From NCBI GenBank assembly GCA_000004695.1, contig CM000152.2:352001-416000 (forward strand): DNA of 64,000 bases, given 5' to 3'. The position numbers were made by a program, and so were the translations under genes. The notes beneath the pieces are model-generated. The model worked only from the letters and a program-made list of their open reading frames with translations, was not told the DNA's origin and did no database searches. The DNA is from Dictyostelium discoideum. Taxonomy: Eukaryota. Below are positions 37,623 to 48,483 of the stretch, piece after piece (the stretch's first letter is position 1; every line of letters begins with the position of its first letter).

Positions 37623-37922
37623 TTGTTTAATATGGATTCATTTTCATTTAAATTTAATAATAATTATAAAACAAATGAAGTTTATTTAAATGTTTGTATT
37701 GAACTATTACCAATTACTAATATTGTATTAAATTCAACAATTCAAACATTTCAACCAACAATAACAATAAATACATTACAACCTCAATTAAATAGTTCGG
37801 CAGAGCAAGAAAATAAAGAAAATAAAACCAACAGTGACAGTTTTAGTTCAAATGAAAACATATTAAATAAGAAACAAAAAAATGAAAAAATAACAAATGA
37901 CGGAGTAAAAAAAACAATATAA
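37623..37922 (+). other. 99-codon plus-strand ORF inside the inverted duplication whose last 15 codons are the mirror copy of the minus-strand gene's C-terminus
   Basis: Ends ...KKQKNEKITNDGVKKTI*, encoded within the right IR arm. The upstream part (MFNMDSFSFKFNNNYKTNEVYLNVCIELLPITNIVLNS...) has no recognisable domain. Confidence 0.3.
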
Positions 37923-38010
37923 CATTATTTTAATAATATTGTTAATAATAATTTCATTTTTTAACAAATAATATTTATTTAATATCACAATCAATTAAAC
38001 ATTTAAAATT
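37872..38010. repeat. Right arm of the 138-bp inverted repeat
   Basis: See the left arm. The arms are separated by 755 bp. Confidence 0.9.
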
Positions 38011-38259
38011 TTATTAAAGTTTTATTTTTATTTTTATCTTTTTTTGATTTAATAAATGCTCATTTATCATTAGTTTTTTTTATTGTTTTTTTTAAAAATA
38101 GATTAGTTGGATGGGACAATGGAATGATTAAAATAAAAAGAAAATAAAAAAAAAAAAAAAAAAATAAAAAAACTTTGGAAAAAAAAAAAAAAAAAAAAAA
38201 AAAGCGAAAAAAAAGTGAAAAAAAAGCGAAAAAAATGTAAAATGAAAAATTTTTGTAAA

Positions 38260-38267
38260 ACCCATAA
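38260..38267 (+). promoter_or_regulatory. DUSE-like element (ACCCATAA), the Dictyostelium upstream sequence element of ncRNA genes
   Basis: aaaACCCATAAcatgtgctc matches the [AT]CCCA[CT]AA consensus reported roughly 60 nt upstream of Dictyostelium snRNA and Class I RNA genes. A relatively GC-rich, structured segment lies immediately downstream. Confidence 0.45.
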
Positions 38268-38324
38268 CATGTGCTCAAACAAAATAGCATTTTAGGGCAA
38301 GTTGAATTTATTTTTTAAAGTTAT

Positions 38325-38436
38325 GAAAAGATCTTGCACTCGGATTTCAATCCGATTCATTAGGGATTCCATCTCTAGTGAGTTTAGATTTCGTTTGCAG
38401 AGAAAAAACCTAGGCAGTTTCCACATCTGACTTTTC
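38325..38436 (+). ncRNA. Candidate small ncRNA (about 110 nt, unclassified) driven by the DUSE
   Basis: The island is about 40% GC in roughly 15% GC surroundings and starts about 60 nt after the DUSE. It contains a local hairpin cggat-ttca-atccg and ends ...ccacatCTGActttt, a T-run terminator candidate. It carries no ORF, did not match any of the U1, U2, U4, U5, U6, U6atac, U12 or 7SL motifs I checked it against, and does not look like a tRNA. The boundaries are approximate. Confidence 0.35.
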
Positions 38437-38477
38437 CTATATAAGAGCCTGATACTATTCACTCAAGCCTATATTCC

Positions 38478-38513
<36 letters not shown>

Positions 38514-38871
38514 ACCAATTATAAAATAGATAGATTTATTAATTGATTCATTTATTAATTATTATTATTATTACTATTAAAATAATTTAAAACTCAATAA
38601 TATTTTTTTTTTCTAAAAAAAAAAAAAGATTAGTCACTAAAAAAAAAAAAAGTGTGGGTTTAATGATAATTATGAAAATCATATACAACTACTAGTAGAA
38701 ATTAATATTAGTAGTAAATACTATTAGTAAAAATTATAAATAAAATAATTAAATAATCAATTAATTAAAAAAAAAAAAAAAATTCTACAAATAACATATA
38801 TATTTATTTTTAAAAAATAGTTTATGTGATGCCAATTAAATTAAAAAACCCCAAAAAAAAAAAAAAATAAT

Positions 38872-38996
38872 AATTACCTTTTGGTGTATAAGATCCATCA
38901 ATTTTGAAATTAAAAAAACAAATAAAAATAAAAATAAAAATATAATTTTCATATTGTAATTGCAATGTTTAGATCTTATACACCAAAAGGTAATTA
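38872..38996. repeat. Perfect 25-bp inverted repeat (taattaccttttggtgtataagatc ... gatcttatacaccaaaaggtaatta) with a 75-bp AT-rich spacer
   Basis: Direct reading of 38872-38896 and 38972-38996. The right arm contains a splice-donor-like AAG|GTAATT. Confidence 0.9.
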
Positions 38997-39069
38997 TTAT
39001 TTTTTTTTTTTTTTTTTTAAAAAAAATTAACTTAAATTTGACACTTTTTTAATTTTTATATTTAGTTAT

Positions 39070-39262
39070 TAATGTAAATGTAATAGATAAAATAGTTTAC
39101 CAACTCTTAAATTGATGGATAATACAATTATTAAAGGTACTGCCAGTTCAAATCAAACATACACTTTCCAAATTCCAAAAGGTTGTGGAAAGAATGAAAT
39201 TTCAATTTCAATGGGTAACCAAATTACACGTACTGAATTGAATTATGAATTACCATGTGAAT
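39070..39262 (+). pseudogene. Truncated paralog fragment (or isolated terminal exon) of the same family as the gene at 37067..37596
   Basis: NSLPTLKLMDNTIIKGTASSNQTYTFQIPKGCGKNEISISMGNQITRTELNYELPCEF*. It is about 80% identical in nucleotides to minus-strand 37230-37420, including about 25 bp upstream of the ORF. It is preceded by an in-frame stop and AT-rich DNA. Confidence 0.45.
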
Positions 39263-39452
39263 TTTGAAGAATTTAATTTAATTTCACCCACACCATGACC
39301 ACCACCACCACCACCACCGCCACCACCATTACCGAAACACTGTGTCAAAATTAAATAAAATAAAAAATGGATTTAATCATTTATTTTTATTATCTTTTTT
39401 TTTTATTTTTTTATTTTTTTTATTTTTTTTTTATTTTATTTTATTTATTTAT

Positions 39453-40277
39453 TTATTTCTTGGTGGGAAATTGAAAACTGAAAAAAATATTAAAATTAGC
39501 TAATAAACCTGGACAAGCTTGTTTAATTGAAGTTGTATCTAAAGTTTGATTAAAAATGGATTCTTTTTCTAAAAGATTATAAATTTCATAGGATGGTTCT
39601 TGATGTGATTTAATATTTAATTTCTCTAATAATTCAGTTTCGTTATCTTCATAGAAATGGTATCTTCCACCTAATCTTTGTTCAATTAATTCAACTGGTG
39701 TTTTACAATAAATATAAACACTATTATAATTTTCATTATTAATTTCAATAATTTTTTTGATTTCTTTAATTAATTTTTCATTATCATTATTATTATTAAT
39801 AATATTATTATATATAATTGAACTAATTGGAGATCTATGAATAAATATAATATTATTTTTAATTTCATCTTGATTATTATTATTATTATTATTTTTAATT
39901 AATTCAATTGATTGATTTAATGTATTATCAAATGATGATGTGGGTGGTGATGATAATGAATGTTTAAAAAATGAATTTTGAATAGTTTTATAACCAATAT
40001 TTGAAAATCTTTCTAAAAGTTGTTGTTTTCCACTACCACTTGGACCTTCTAAAAAAACAAATAATGGTTTCTTTTGTTCTTTAGATTTCTCTAATGCCTC
40101 TGATAGATTATCTGTTGGTTTCCACCATTCTCTTTCAACTGATCCTTCTTCTCTTATAGATTTTGAATAAAATTTTAATGATGATAAAGATGTTAAAGAT
40201 TCACCAAAAATTTTATTTTTTAAACAAATATTATTAATAGTTGATGATGTAAAATTATGATTTCTAACTAAAAACAT
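39453..40277 (-). CDS. P-loop NTPase / nucleoside-nucleotide kinase-like protein
   Basis: ATG at 40277-40275 in an aaaaataaaaATG context; the ORF-track start at 40295 is a TTG. Walker A is FVFLEGPSGSGKQQLLERF. The motif FIHRSPISSIIY resembles the ERS/DRS motif of deoxynucleoside kinases. Family assignment is tentative. Confidence 0.6.
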   Translation of the reverse strand: MFLVRNHNFTSSTINNICLKNKIFGESLTSLSSLKFYSKSIREEGSVEREWWKPTDNLSEALEKSKEQKKPLFVFLEGPSGSGKQQLLERFSNIGYKTIQNSFFKHSLSSPPTSSFDNTLNQSIELIKNNNNNNNQDEIKNNIIFIHRSPISSIIYNNIINNNNDNEKLIKEIKKIIEINNENYNSVYIYCKTPVELIEQRLGGRYHFYEDNETELLEKLNIKSHQEPSYEIYNLLEKESIFNQTLDTTSIKQACPGLLANFNIFFSFQFPTKK

Positions 40278-41078
40278 TTTTATTTTTAAACACAACCCCT
40301 CAACAAGATTACAAAAAAAAAAAAAAAAAAAAATTAAAAAAAAAATTAAAAAAATTTGATCAATTATTTCACTTTTTTTTTTTTTTATGTTTTATAATTT
40401 ATTTGTCCCACCATGTTTTTACAAAAAAAAAAAATAAAATAAAAAAAAAAAAAAATTAATAAAAAAAATTAAAATAATATAGGCTATTTTAGTTTGCAGA
40501 TAATAAAAAATGTGTTTTTTCTTTTATTTTGTATTTTAACTTTTGTAATAACCATTTAAAGTTTTTTTTTTTTTTTTTGGAAAGTGGAAAATGTGGGGTG
40601 AAAATATATACACATAAAAAATTATTGTGGGGGTAATTGTAGTAACTCTAACATTTTCTAAAAATAATTAAAATATTTTATAACTTAAATAATCATTAAA
40701 AAAAAAAAAAATTATCCACACACACTTATATAATAATAATAATATCATCAAAAACATTATCATTAAGAAAAAAAGTTTGAATCTATTGTCTTTTCAAAAA
40801 ATAATAATAATAAATAATAACATCAAAAAATAATATTATCATAAAAAAATAAAAAATTAAAAATTAAATGTTCGGTTTACTTTTAATTTCTTTTTTGTTT
40901 TATTATTATTATTTAATAAAATTAAAAAAAATAAAAAATAAAAAATTACCTAACTTTTTTTTAAAAAAAAAAAAAAATATTATTATTATCAAAAAAATTT
41001 TATTTTAAATATTTATTTATTAATTTATTATTTAATATAAATATTTCTAATATATATATTATATAATAAAACTATATA

Positions 41079-41110
<32 letters not shown>

Positions 41111-41143
41111 TTTTTAATTTTAAAAAAAAAAATAATAATAATT

Positions 41144-43891
41144 ATGAAATTTAAAATAATAATAGTTTTAATATTATTTATAATATTTAATTATTATATT
41201 ATAAATATAAATGGATCATTTGATTTTAAATCAAAAAAGAATGTTGTTGGATATTATTCAAATAATTTAAAGAATAAAACATTAAAATATCATACATTAG
41301 GAGAATTTTGTCAACAAGGTAGTTATGATACAATTGTAATTGGGTCACTCTATTGGAATCAAAATATGACACAATTTTATTTTGAATGTCAAGATTATTA
41401 TTCATTAACTCAAGATAAAGAAAAAGAATTGGGTGTCGCAACAACACCAGTCCAACATTTAAAAGCATTTGATTTCTCAAAAAGAGGTGTTCAAAATGCA
41501 ATGAAAGAACAAATTTCTGACGAAGAAGAAGAAGAAGAAGTTGATATTCCAACAACAAAAACAAAAACAACAGCAACAAAAGCAAAAACAACAACAACAA
41601 CAACAACAATTAAAAAAATTGGTATTGAAAAGAATACATATCTTTCAAATAAATGTATTGATTTAAGAAATGATATAATTAAATGTCAAAATATTGGTGT
41701 TAAAATTTTAATTCAAGTTGGTAGTAAAGGTGGTATTGGTGAATTTGGGAATACATCAATTGCTACCAAAGAAATGGCTCAAAAATTGGCAGTTAAAATT
41801 TGGGATATGTTTTTATTTGGTGATGGTGGTAGAAAAGAGTATCAAGATAAATTAAAAGGTATAGATACAAAACCAAAGAATGATGGATCGTCAAGTGAAG
41901 AAATTGCATCATTTGGTAGTATTGAATCAATGGATGATCAAAGTGGTGATATTGAAGATATCGATCGTTTCAGTAGTGAAGTTAAAAAAGATGATTCCTC
42001 CTCAAACTCAACTGCATCACTTGGTGAATTGGATGATTATCAAGATGAACAATCTTATCAAGAGGAATATTCAAATGATGAAGATACAGATCCACCAATA
42101 CCAGATGATGAAGATTCTGAATATGTTGATCAAGAACAATATGAAGATGAAGAGGAGGACGATGATGAAGATGCAGTTGATGAAGATGGTAATCCAATTG
42201 TAAAGAAAAAGAAACAACCATCAACTTCAAAAGCACCAGAAAGAAAGAAGAAATTATTGGTTTTCCCACCACGTCCATTTGGTTATGGTGTATTTTTAGA
42301 TGGTGTTGATTTCTCACCAATGATTGGTAAAAGTGATAACTACTATCATTTGGCAATGGGTTTAGATAGATATAGAGTACCAAAGAAGGATTTATTCACC
42401 ATTTCCTCAACTGTGGATTGTTCGCTACTTCATAGTAAAAAAGAAAGTATGACCTCTTCTCCAACTGCTTTATTACGATTTAATTTCGATATTCTCACTT
42501 TAGATTTCGTTCATAATAAACAATGTGATTATTGGTCAAAAGTTAGTGATCAATGGATTATCGATTGGGCAAACTATACAAAAGACTATAAATTCAATCA
42601 AACTAAACTACTCTTAATGGCATCTTCAAATCCAAAGGATTCTGCTTTCTTCTCTCCAAAATTCTTTTTAATGGAATATACAAAATATTGCATTGATTTA
42701 CCAAATATGGCAGGTGTTTTTATCTCTGATGTTTTATCAGCTTCAAAGATTTATAATTCAACCACTAGATTGGATTTCTCTCAAGAAATATCAAAAGATG
42801 TTAAATCATTTAATCCATTAATTTATCATCATCCAGAAGGTACTCGTCCAGCTTGGACCTATGGTGGTGGTTCTAAACCTCCAACTTCACCTGCAACTAA
42901 ACCAATTCAAACTAAACCGCCAATTACCAAAGGTCCAATTATAACAATGTCTCCTAACAAAACTAAAACTTCAACAACTACCAAACCAGTACCAACAAAA
43001 ATTCCAATTATTGATAATAGTAATTCAACTTCAACAACTGTTAAAAAAGCAAATTCTTCACATTCAACTCCAACACCCACTATTAAATTAAGACCAACTC
43101 ATGCACCATTAAAAACACAATCACCTGAACCAAAAACTGAATCACCAACTCCCACTAGTACTCCAACACCTTCCTCAACAGTTGCAAAAACTACTCATGC
43201 ACCATTAAAAACTCAATCCCCAACACCAAAATTAATACCTATTACTAAAAAACCAATAACACCAACCAAAGCTCCAATAACTAAAGCTCCAATCCCAGTA
43301 ACTGAATCACCAACACCAGAGACTGAATCACCAATTAAATTGAGACCAACTCATAGACCACTAAAAACACAATCTCCAGAGACCGAATCAACAAAACCAA
43401 CTAAACCACCAACAACAACAACACCAAAACCAACTAAACCACCAACATCACCATCACCATCACCAAAACCAACCAAACCACCAACAACATCAGCACCACC
43501 TAAAAAAGAAACAACATCACCAATAAACTTAAGACCAACTCATAAACCACTAACACAACCACCAGTTGATGAATCTAAGACTAAAGTTTTGGACATTTCT
43601 GATGAAACAGAAACTAGAGTAATAACCATTCCAGATGATTCTGAAACACCGGCTAAATTAGAAATTCCAGACAATACAAAACCAGAAACACCGATTGAAT
43701 CCTCTGTTCCAATCAAATCTGTTGCTGCAGTTGATAAAACACCTGTTAAATCCGCTGCTCCAATCGAATCAGCTTCTCCAGTTGATGAAATACCTGTTGA
43801 ATCCGCTGCTCCAGTTGAAGAAACTAGAAGTAGAAGACATAAACCAATAAGTGCAACCGAATTTGATAAAAATTTCATCACAAATCAATAA
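41144..43891 (+). CDS. Secreted class III (hevamine-like) GH18 chitinase-like protein with an acidic insert and a Pro/Thr-rich mucin-like repeat tail, predicted catalytically inactive
   Basis: Signal peptide MKFKIIIVLILFIIFNYYIININGS. GH18 class III blocks are present: EFCQQGSYDTIVIGSLYWN, CQNIGVKILIQVGSKGG, QKLAVKIWDMFLFGDG and RPFGYGVFLDGVDFSPM. In the last block the DGxDFDxE catalytic Glu is replaced, giving DGVDFSPM. The C-terminal 350 aa are PTHAPLKTQSPxPK-type PT repeats. Confidence 0.7.
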   Translation: MKFKIIIVLILFIIFNYYIININGSFDFKSKKNVVGYYSNNLKNKTLKYHTLGEFCQQGSYDTIVIGSLYWNQNMTQFYFECQDYYSLTQDKEKELGVATTPVQHLKAFDFSKRGVQNAMKEQISDEEEEEEVDIPTTKTKTTATKAKTTTTTTTIKKIGIEKNTYLSNKCIDLRNDIIKCQNIGVKILIQVGSKGGIGEFGNTSIATKEMAQKLAVKIWDMFLFGDGGRKEYQDKLKGIDTKPKNDGSSSEEIASFGSIESMDDQSGDIEDIDRFSSEVKKDDSSSNSTASLGELDDYQDEQSYQEEYSNDEDTDPPIPDDEDSEYVDQEQYEDEEEDDDEDAVDEDGNPIVKKKKQPSTSKAPERKKKLLVFPPRPFGYGVFLDGVDFSPMIGKSDNYYHLAMGLDRYRVPKKDLFTISSTVDCSLLHSKKESMTSSPTALLRFNFDILTLDFVHNKQCDYWSKVSDQWIIDWANYTKDYKFNQTKLLLMASSNPKDSAFFSPKFFLMEYTKYCIDLPNMAGVFISDVLSASKIYNSTTRLDFSQEISKDVKSFNPLIYHHPEGTRPAWTYGGGSKPPTSPATKPIQTKPPITKGPIITMSPNKTKTSTTTKPVPTKIPIIDNSNSTSTTVKKANSSHSTPTPTIKLRPTHAPLKTQSPEPKTESPTPTSTPTPSSTVAKTTHAPLKTQSPTPKLIPITKKPITPTKAPITKAPIPVTESPTPETESPIKLRPTHRPLKTQSPETESTKPTKPPTTTTPKPTKPPTSPSPSPKPTKPPTTSAPPKKETTSPINLRPTHKPLTQPPVDESKTKVLDISDETETRVITIPDDSETPAKLEIPDNTKPETPIESSVPIKSVAAVDKTPVKSAAPIESASPVDEIPVESAAPVEETRSRRHKPISATEFDKNFITNQ

Positions 43892-43987
43892 TACTCAATT
43901 GAAAAAAAAAAAATACATTTAGAATAAAAAAAAAAATATAAAAAGTAACATTATATCATTATTTTATTATTTTATTGTTTAAATTAA

Positions 43988-45691
<1,704 letters not shown>

Positions 45692-46104
45692 AATATTTTT
45701 TATTTACATATTAAATAAAATAAAAAATATTAAAAAAAAAAAAAAATTAAAAAAAAAAAAAAATTTTTTAAAAAAAAAATTAAAAAAAAAAAAAATTACA
45801 ATCATCAAATTTAATAAAATAATTCTTATTTTTTTAGGTGAACTTAAAATTTTGAAAATCTAAAAATCTTAAAAAAAAAAATCATCACTTTCAAAAAAAA
45901 TCATTTTTTAAAAAAAAAAAAACAATTAATTGTGAAAATAAACCAGATTTAAAAATTTAGAATTTTAAAAATAAAAAAAAATAAAAGAATATAAAAAAAA
46001 AAAAAAATTTAAAATTTTTTTTGTAAAAATATTTAAAATTTCTTATATTAATTTTTTAAATTTAAAAACAATCATAAAAATTTTATATATATATTTAAAT
46101 AAGG

Positions 46105-48297
46105 ATGCATGACACATCATTTACTGTTCATATAAAAGATGAAATTCCAACTTACATCTTTTTTATTGATACTTCAGGGTCAGTTGGAAAAATTGATTTT
46201 GAAATAGTAGTATTATGTTTAAAAAAAATAATTACTGAATTACCAGATAAAGTTAAAATTGAAATTATTGCCTTATCTTCAGATGCTATAATCGTTTTTA
46301 AAAAGCGGCAAAAATAAAATATTTGAAGATATTGAAAACAGTAAGTTCAAAATATCTTGGAATTAATATAAACTATATCAATAAATTTAAAATTAATTTT
46401 TTAACCATTATTTTTTAGATTTACTTTTTGATAGTGGTGCTACTAATTTGGTTGAAGCTTTAAAACTTGGAGAGGTAACCATTACTAATTTTTGTATGAA
46501 TCAAAAAAATTATTTTGTTCTCTTGACTGATGGTGTACCAACTGATGATCCTGAACCAATTATTCAAAAATTAATTTTAAAGGTAATATCAATTATTTAT
46601 ATTAATAAAAAATAATTTTATATATCCAAATTTTTTTTTTTTTTTTTTTTTTTTTTATTTGGGAGTTGATTTTATTGTATTAGCAATTGGAATGGATTCA
46701 GATAAAAAAAAAATTCAAAAATTGTTCCCAGGCCAACATCTATTCATGTTTGATACATTTTCTGGTCTTAGTAAATGTGTGCACACTTTGATTCCATCTC
46801 ATATTTCTATACCATTGACTACCGAAATTTATCCAAAATTTGAAAAAATTCAAAAGTCAAATGAAGCTTTTTATATAATCATTAAATTATCGTCTATCTA
46901 TCCAAAAGATAAATTTCTTGAAAATGAAATAACTTTTATTATCAAGGATAATAAATACCATAGTGGCTATGAAATAAAAGTTGGTCAAGCCACAAGTGAA
47001 GATTGTCCAAGTGAAACAACTGCAAAACTAATTTTTAAATGTCCACAAGAAATGTTACCAACCCATATTGATTTTGAAATCAAAGTAAGGGGATCCACAT
47101 TCCATGGTTATTTCGATTTAAAATACTCTTGGTTCACTGGTGATTTTATTACTAGAAGTCCAATTAATATTTGGGTTGATGGTATGGTTGGTCATGGAAA
47201 ATCAATTTATTATTTAATATTTTTTCATTAAATATTGATTTTGAAGAATTTTTACTTGTAGGAAACAATGCTTTTCATGTCACCACGGAACTTAGATTCC
47301 AAAGTGTTGCTCATATTTTAGCAACCAAAATCGTTAACCAACATGGTCTCTCTCCAAGACTTGTTGACTTTTACAAGAATGTTATCAACTCATTAAAAAT
47401 TGTGTTTGTCGATAAGCCGGGTATGGCAAAGAACCAAGGTAACCTTAGCTATACTCATGCAACAAAGGGCCAATACTCTAACAAACAACACCTAAAAGAT
47501 CTTATCACTGTTGGCGAAGCAAAGTCTTCTCTAGAATGTCATGCTATTCTTTTCGTGATTTCAATTACATTGGTTGATGATGATGTAGATTTTGAATTCA
47601 TAAAAGGTAAAATTCGAGAATCACTTCAAGCAAAAATCAAACCAATTGTTGTGGTCACTCACTGCGACGACTATTCACCAGAAGAAGCTGAAGCAATGAA
47701 AAAGAAACTTGAAGAAGAACTAAAGGTTGATAAAAAGAATTTCTTTTATTTAACTCCATATATTCAAGGTGAGAAACAACGTGATCCAACAAAAGATAGA
47801 ATTGTTTTTCAAATACTCAAATCTATTGTTGAAATTGCCAATAACACTCAAAATCAAAAAATATTAGAATCTTTGGCCAACGATATTAATAACAATAATA
47901 TAGATGAAATTTGTAACTCCTTTGTAAATACTTCTATTAGTTCAACTACCACTACCACTACCACTACTACTAATTCAAATACCTCAAGTGCTAATTCGAC
48001 TCCAAATGGAAATTCCTCTTCACCTTTATTATCCCCAAATGTTGTTGGTTCAGAATCTACTCTTTGGACAATTTGTGTAAAGAATGATTTAACAGATGCA
48101 AAAGTAAATGAAGCCAGATTTAGAGTTTATCCATCAATGACCTTAAAGATTTTGTTTCAAGAGTGTCACAAAAGTTTAAACTTTCTGTTGGTCTTTTTAG
48201 TTTTACAGATGAAAATGGTTATGATCTTTTATTCCCAGATGAATCCATTTTACTCAATGTTTTATCTGATAATATTACCCTTTCAATCTCTGATTAA
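46105..48297 (+). pseudogene. vWA domain + septin/AIG1-like P-loop GTPase gene with two introns and at least three frame disruptions
   Basis: Exon 1 is 46105-46340 with a vWA MIDAS YIFFIDTSGSVGK...IIALSSDAIIVF. A +1 frameshift occurs at about 46290-46315 before ...KNKIFEDIEN and the donor GTAAGT at 46341. Exon 2 is 46410-46582 (LLFDSGATNLVEALKLGEV...LLTDGVPTDDPEPIIQKLILK, donor GTAATA). Exon 3 runs from about 46666 (GVDFIVLAIGMDSDKKKIQKLF...), but no canonical acceptor restores the frame after exon 2. G1 is GMVGHGKS, then a frameshift at about 47200-47215, then INLLFNIFSL. G3 is VFVDKPGM and G4 is VVVTHCDD. A further frameshift lies at about 48165-48180 before FKLSVGLFSFTDENGYDLLFPDESILLNVLSDNITLSISD* (TAA at 48295-48297). 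Confidence 0.55.
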
Positions 48298-48483
48298 AAT
48301 AAATTATAAATATAATAAAATAATTTTTTATGTATATATAATAATAATAACAATAATAATAATAATAATAATAAAAATAATAAAAATAAAAGCAATTAAC
48401 ATTAATTGACGCAATAAAATTTTAACTAATATTTATTAATTAAATTGAAATGTTTTTTTTTTTTTTTTTTTTTAATATTTAAC

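Noticed and set aside
46466-46471. GAG|GTAACC donor-like site inside exon 2 of the vWA gene
   Set aside because: Reading through keeps the frame and yields the conserved vWA block LLTDGVPTDDPEP, so it is not an intron.
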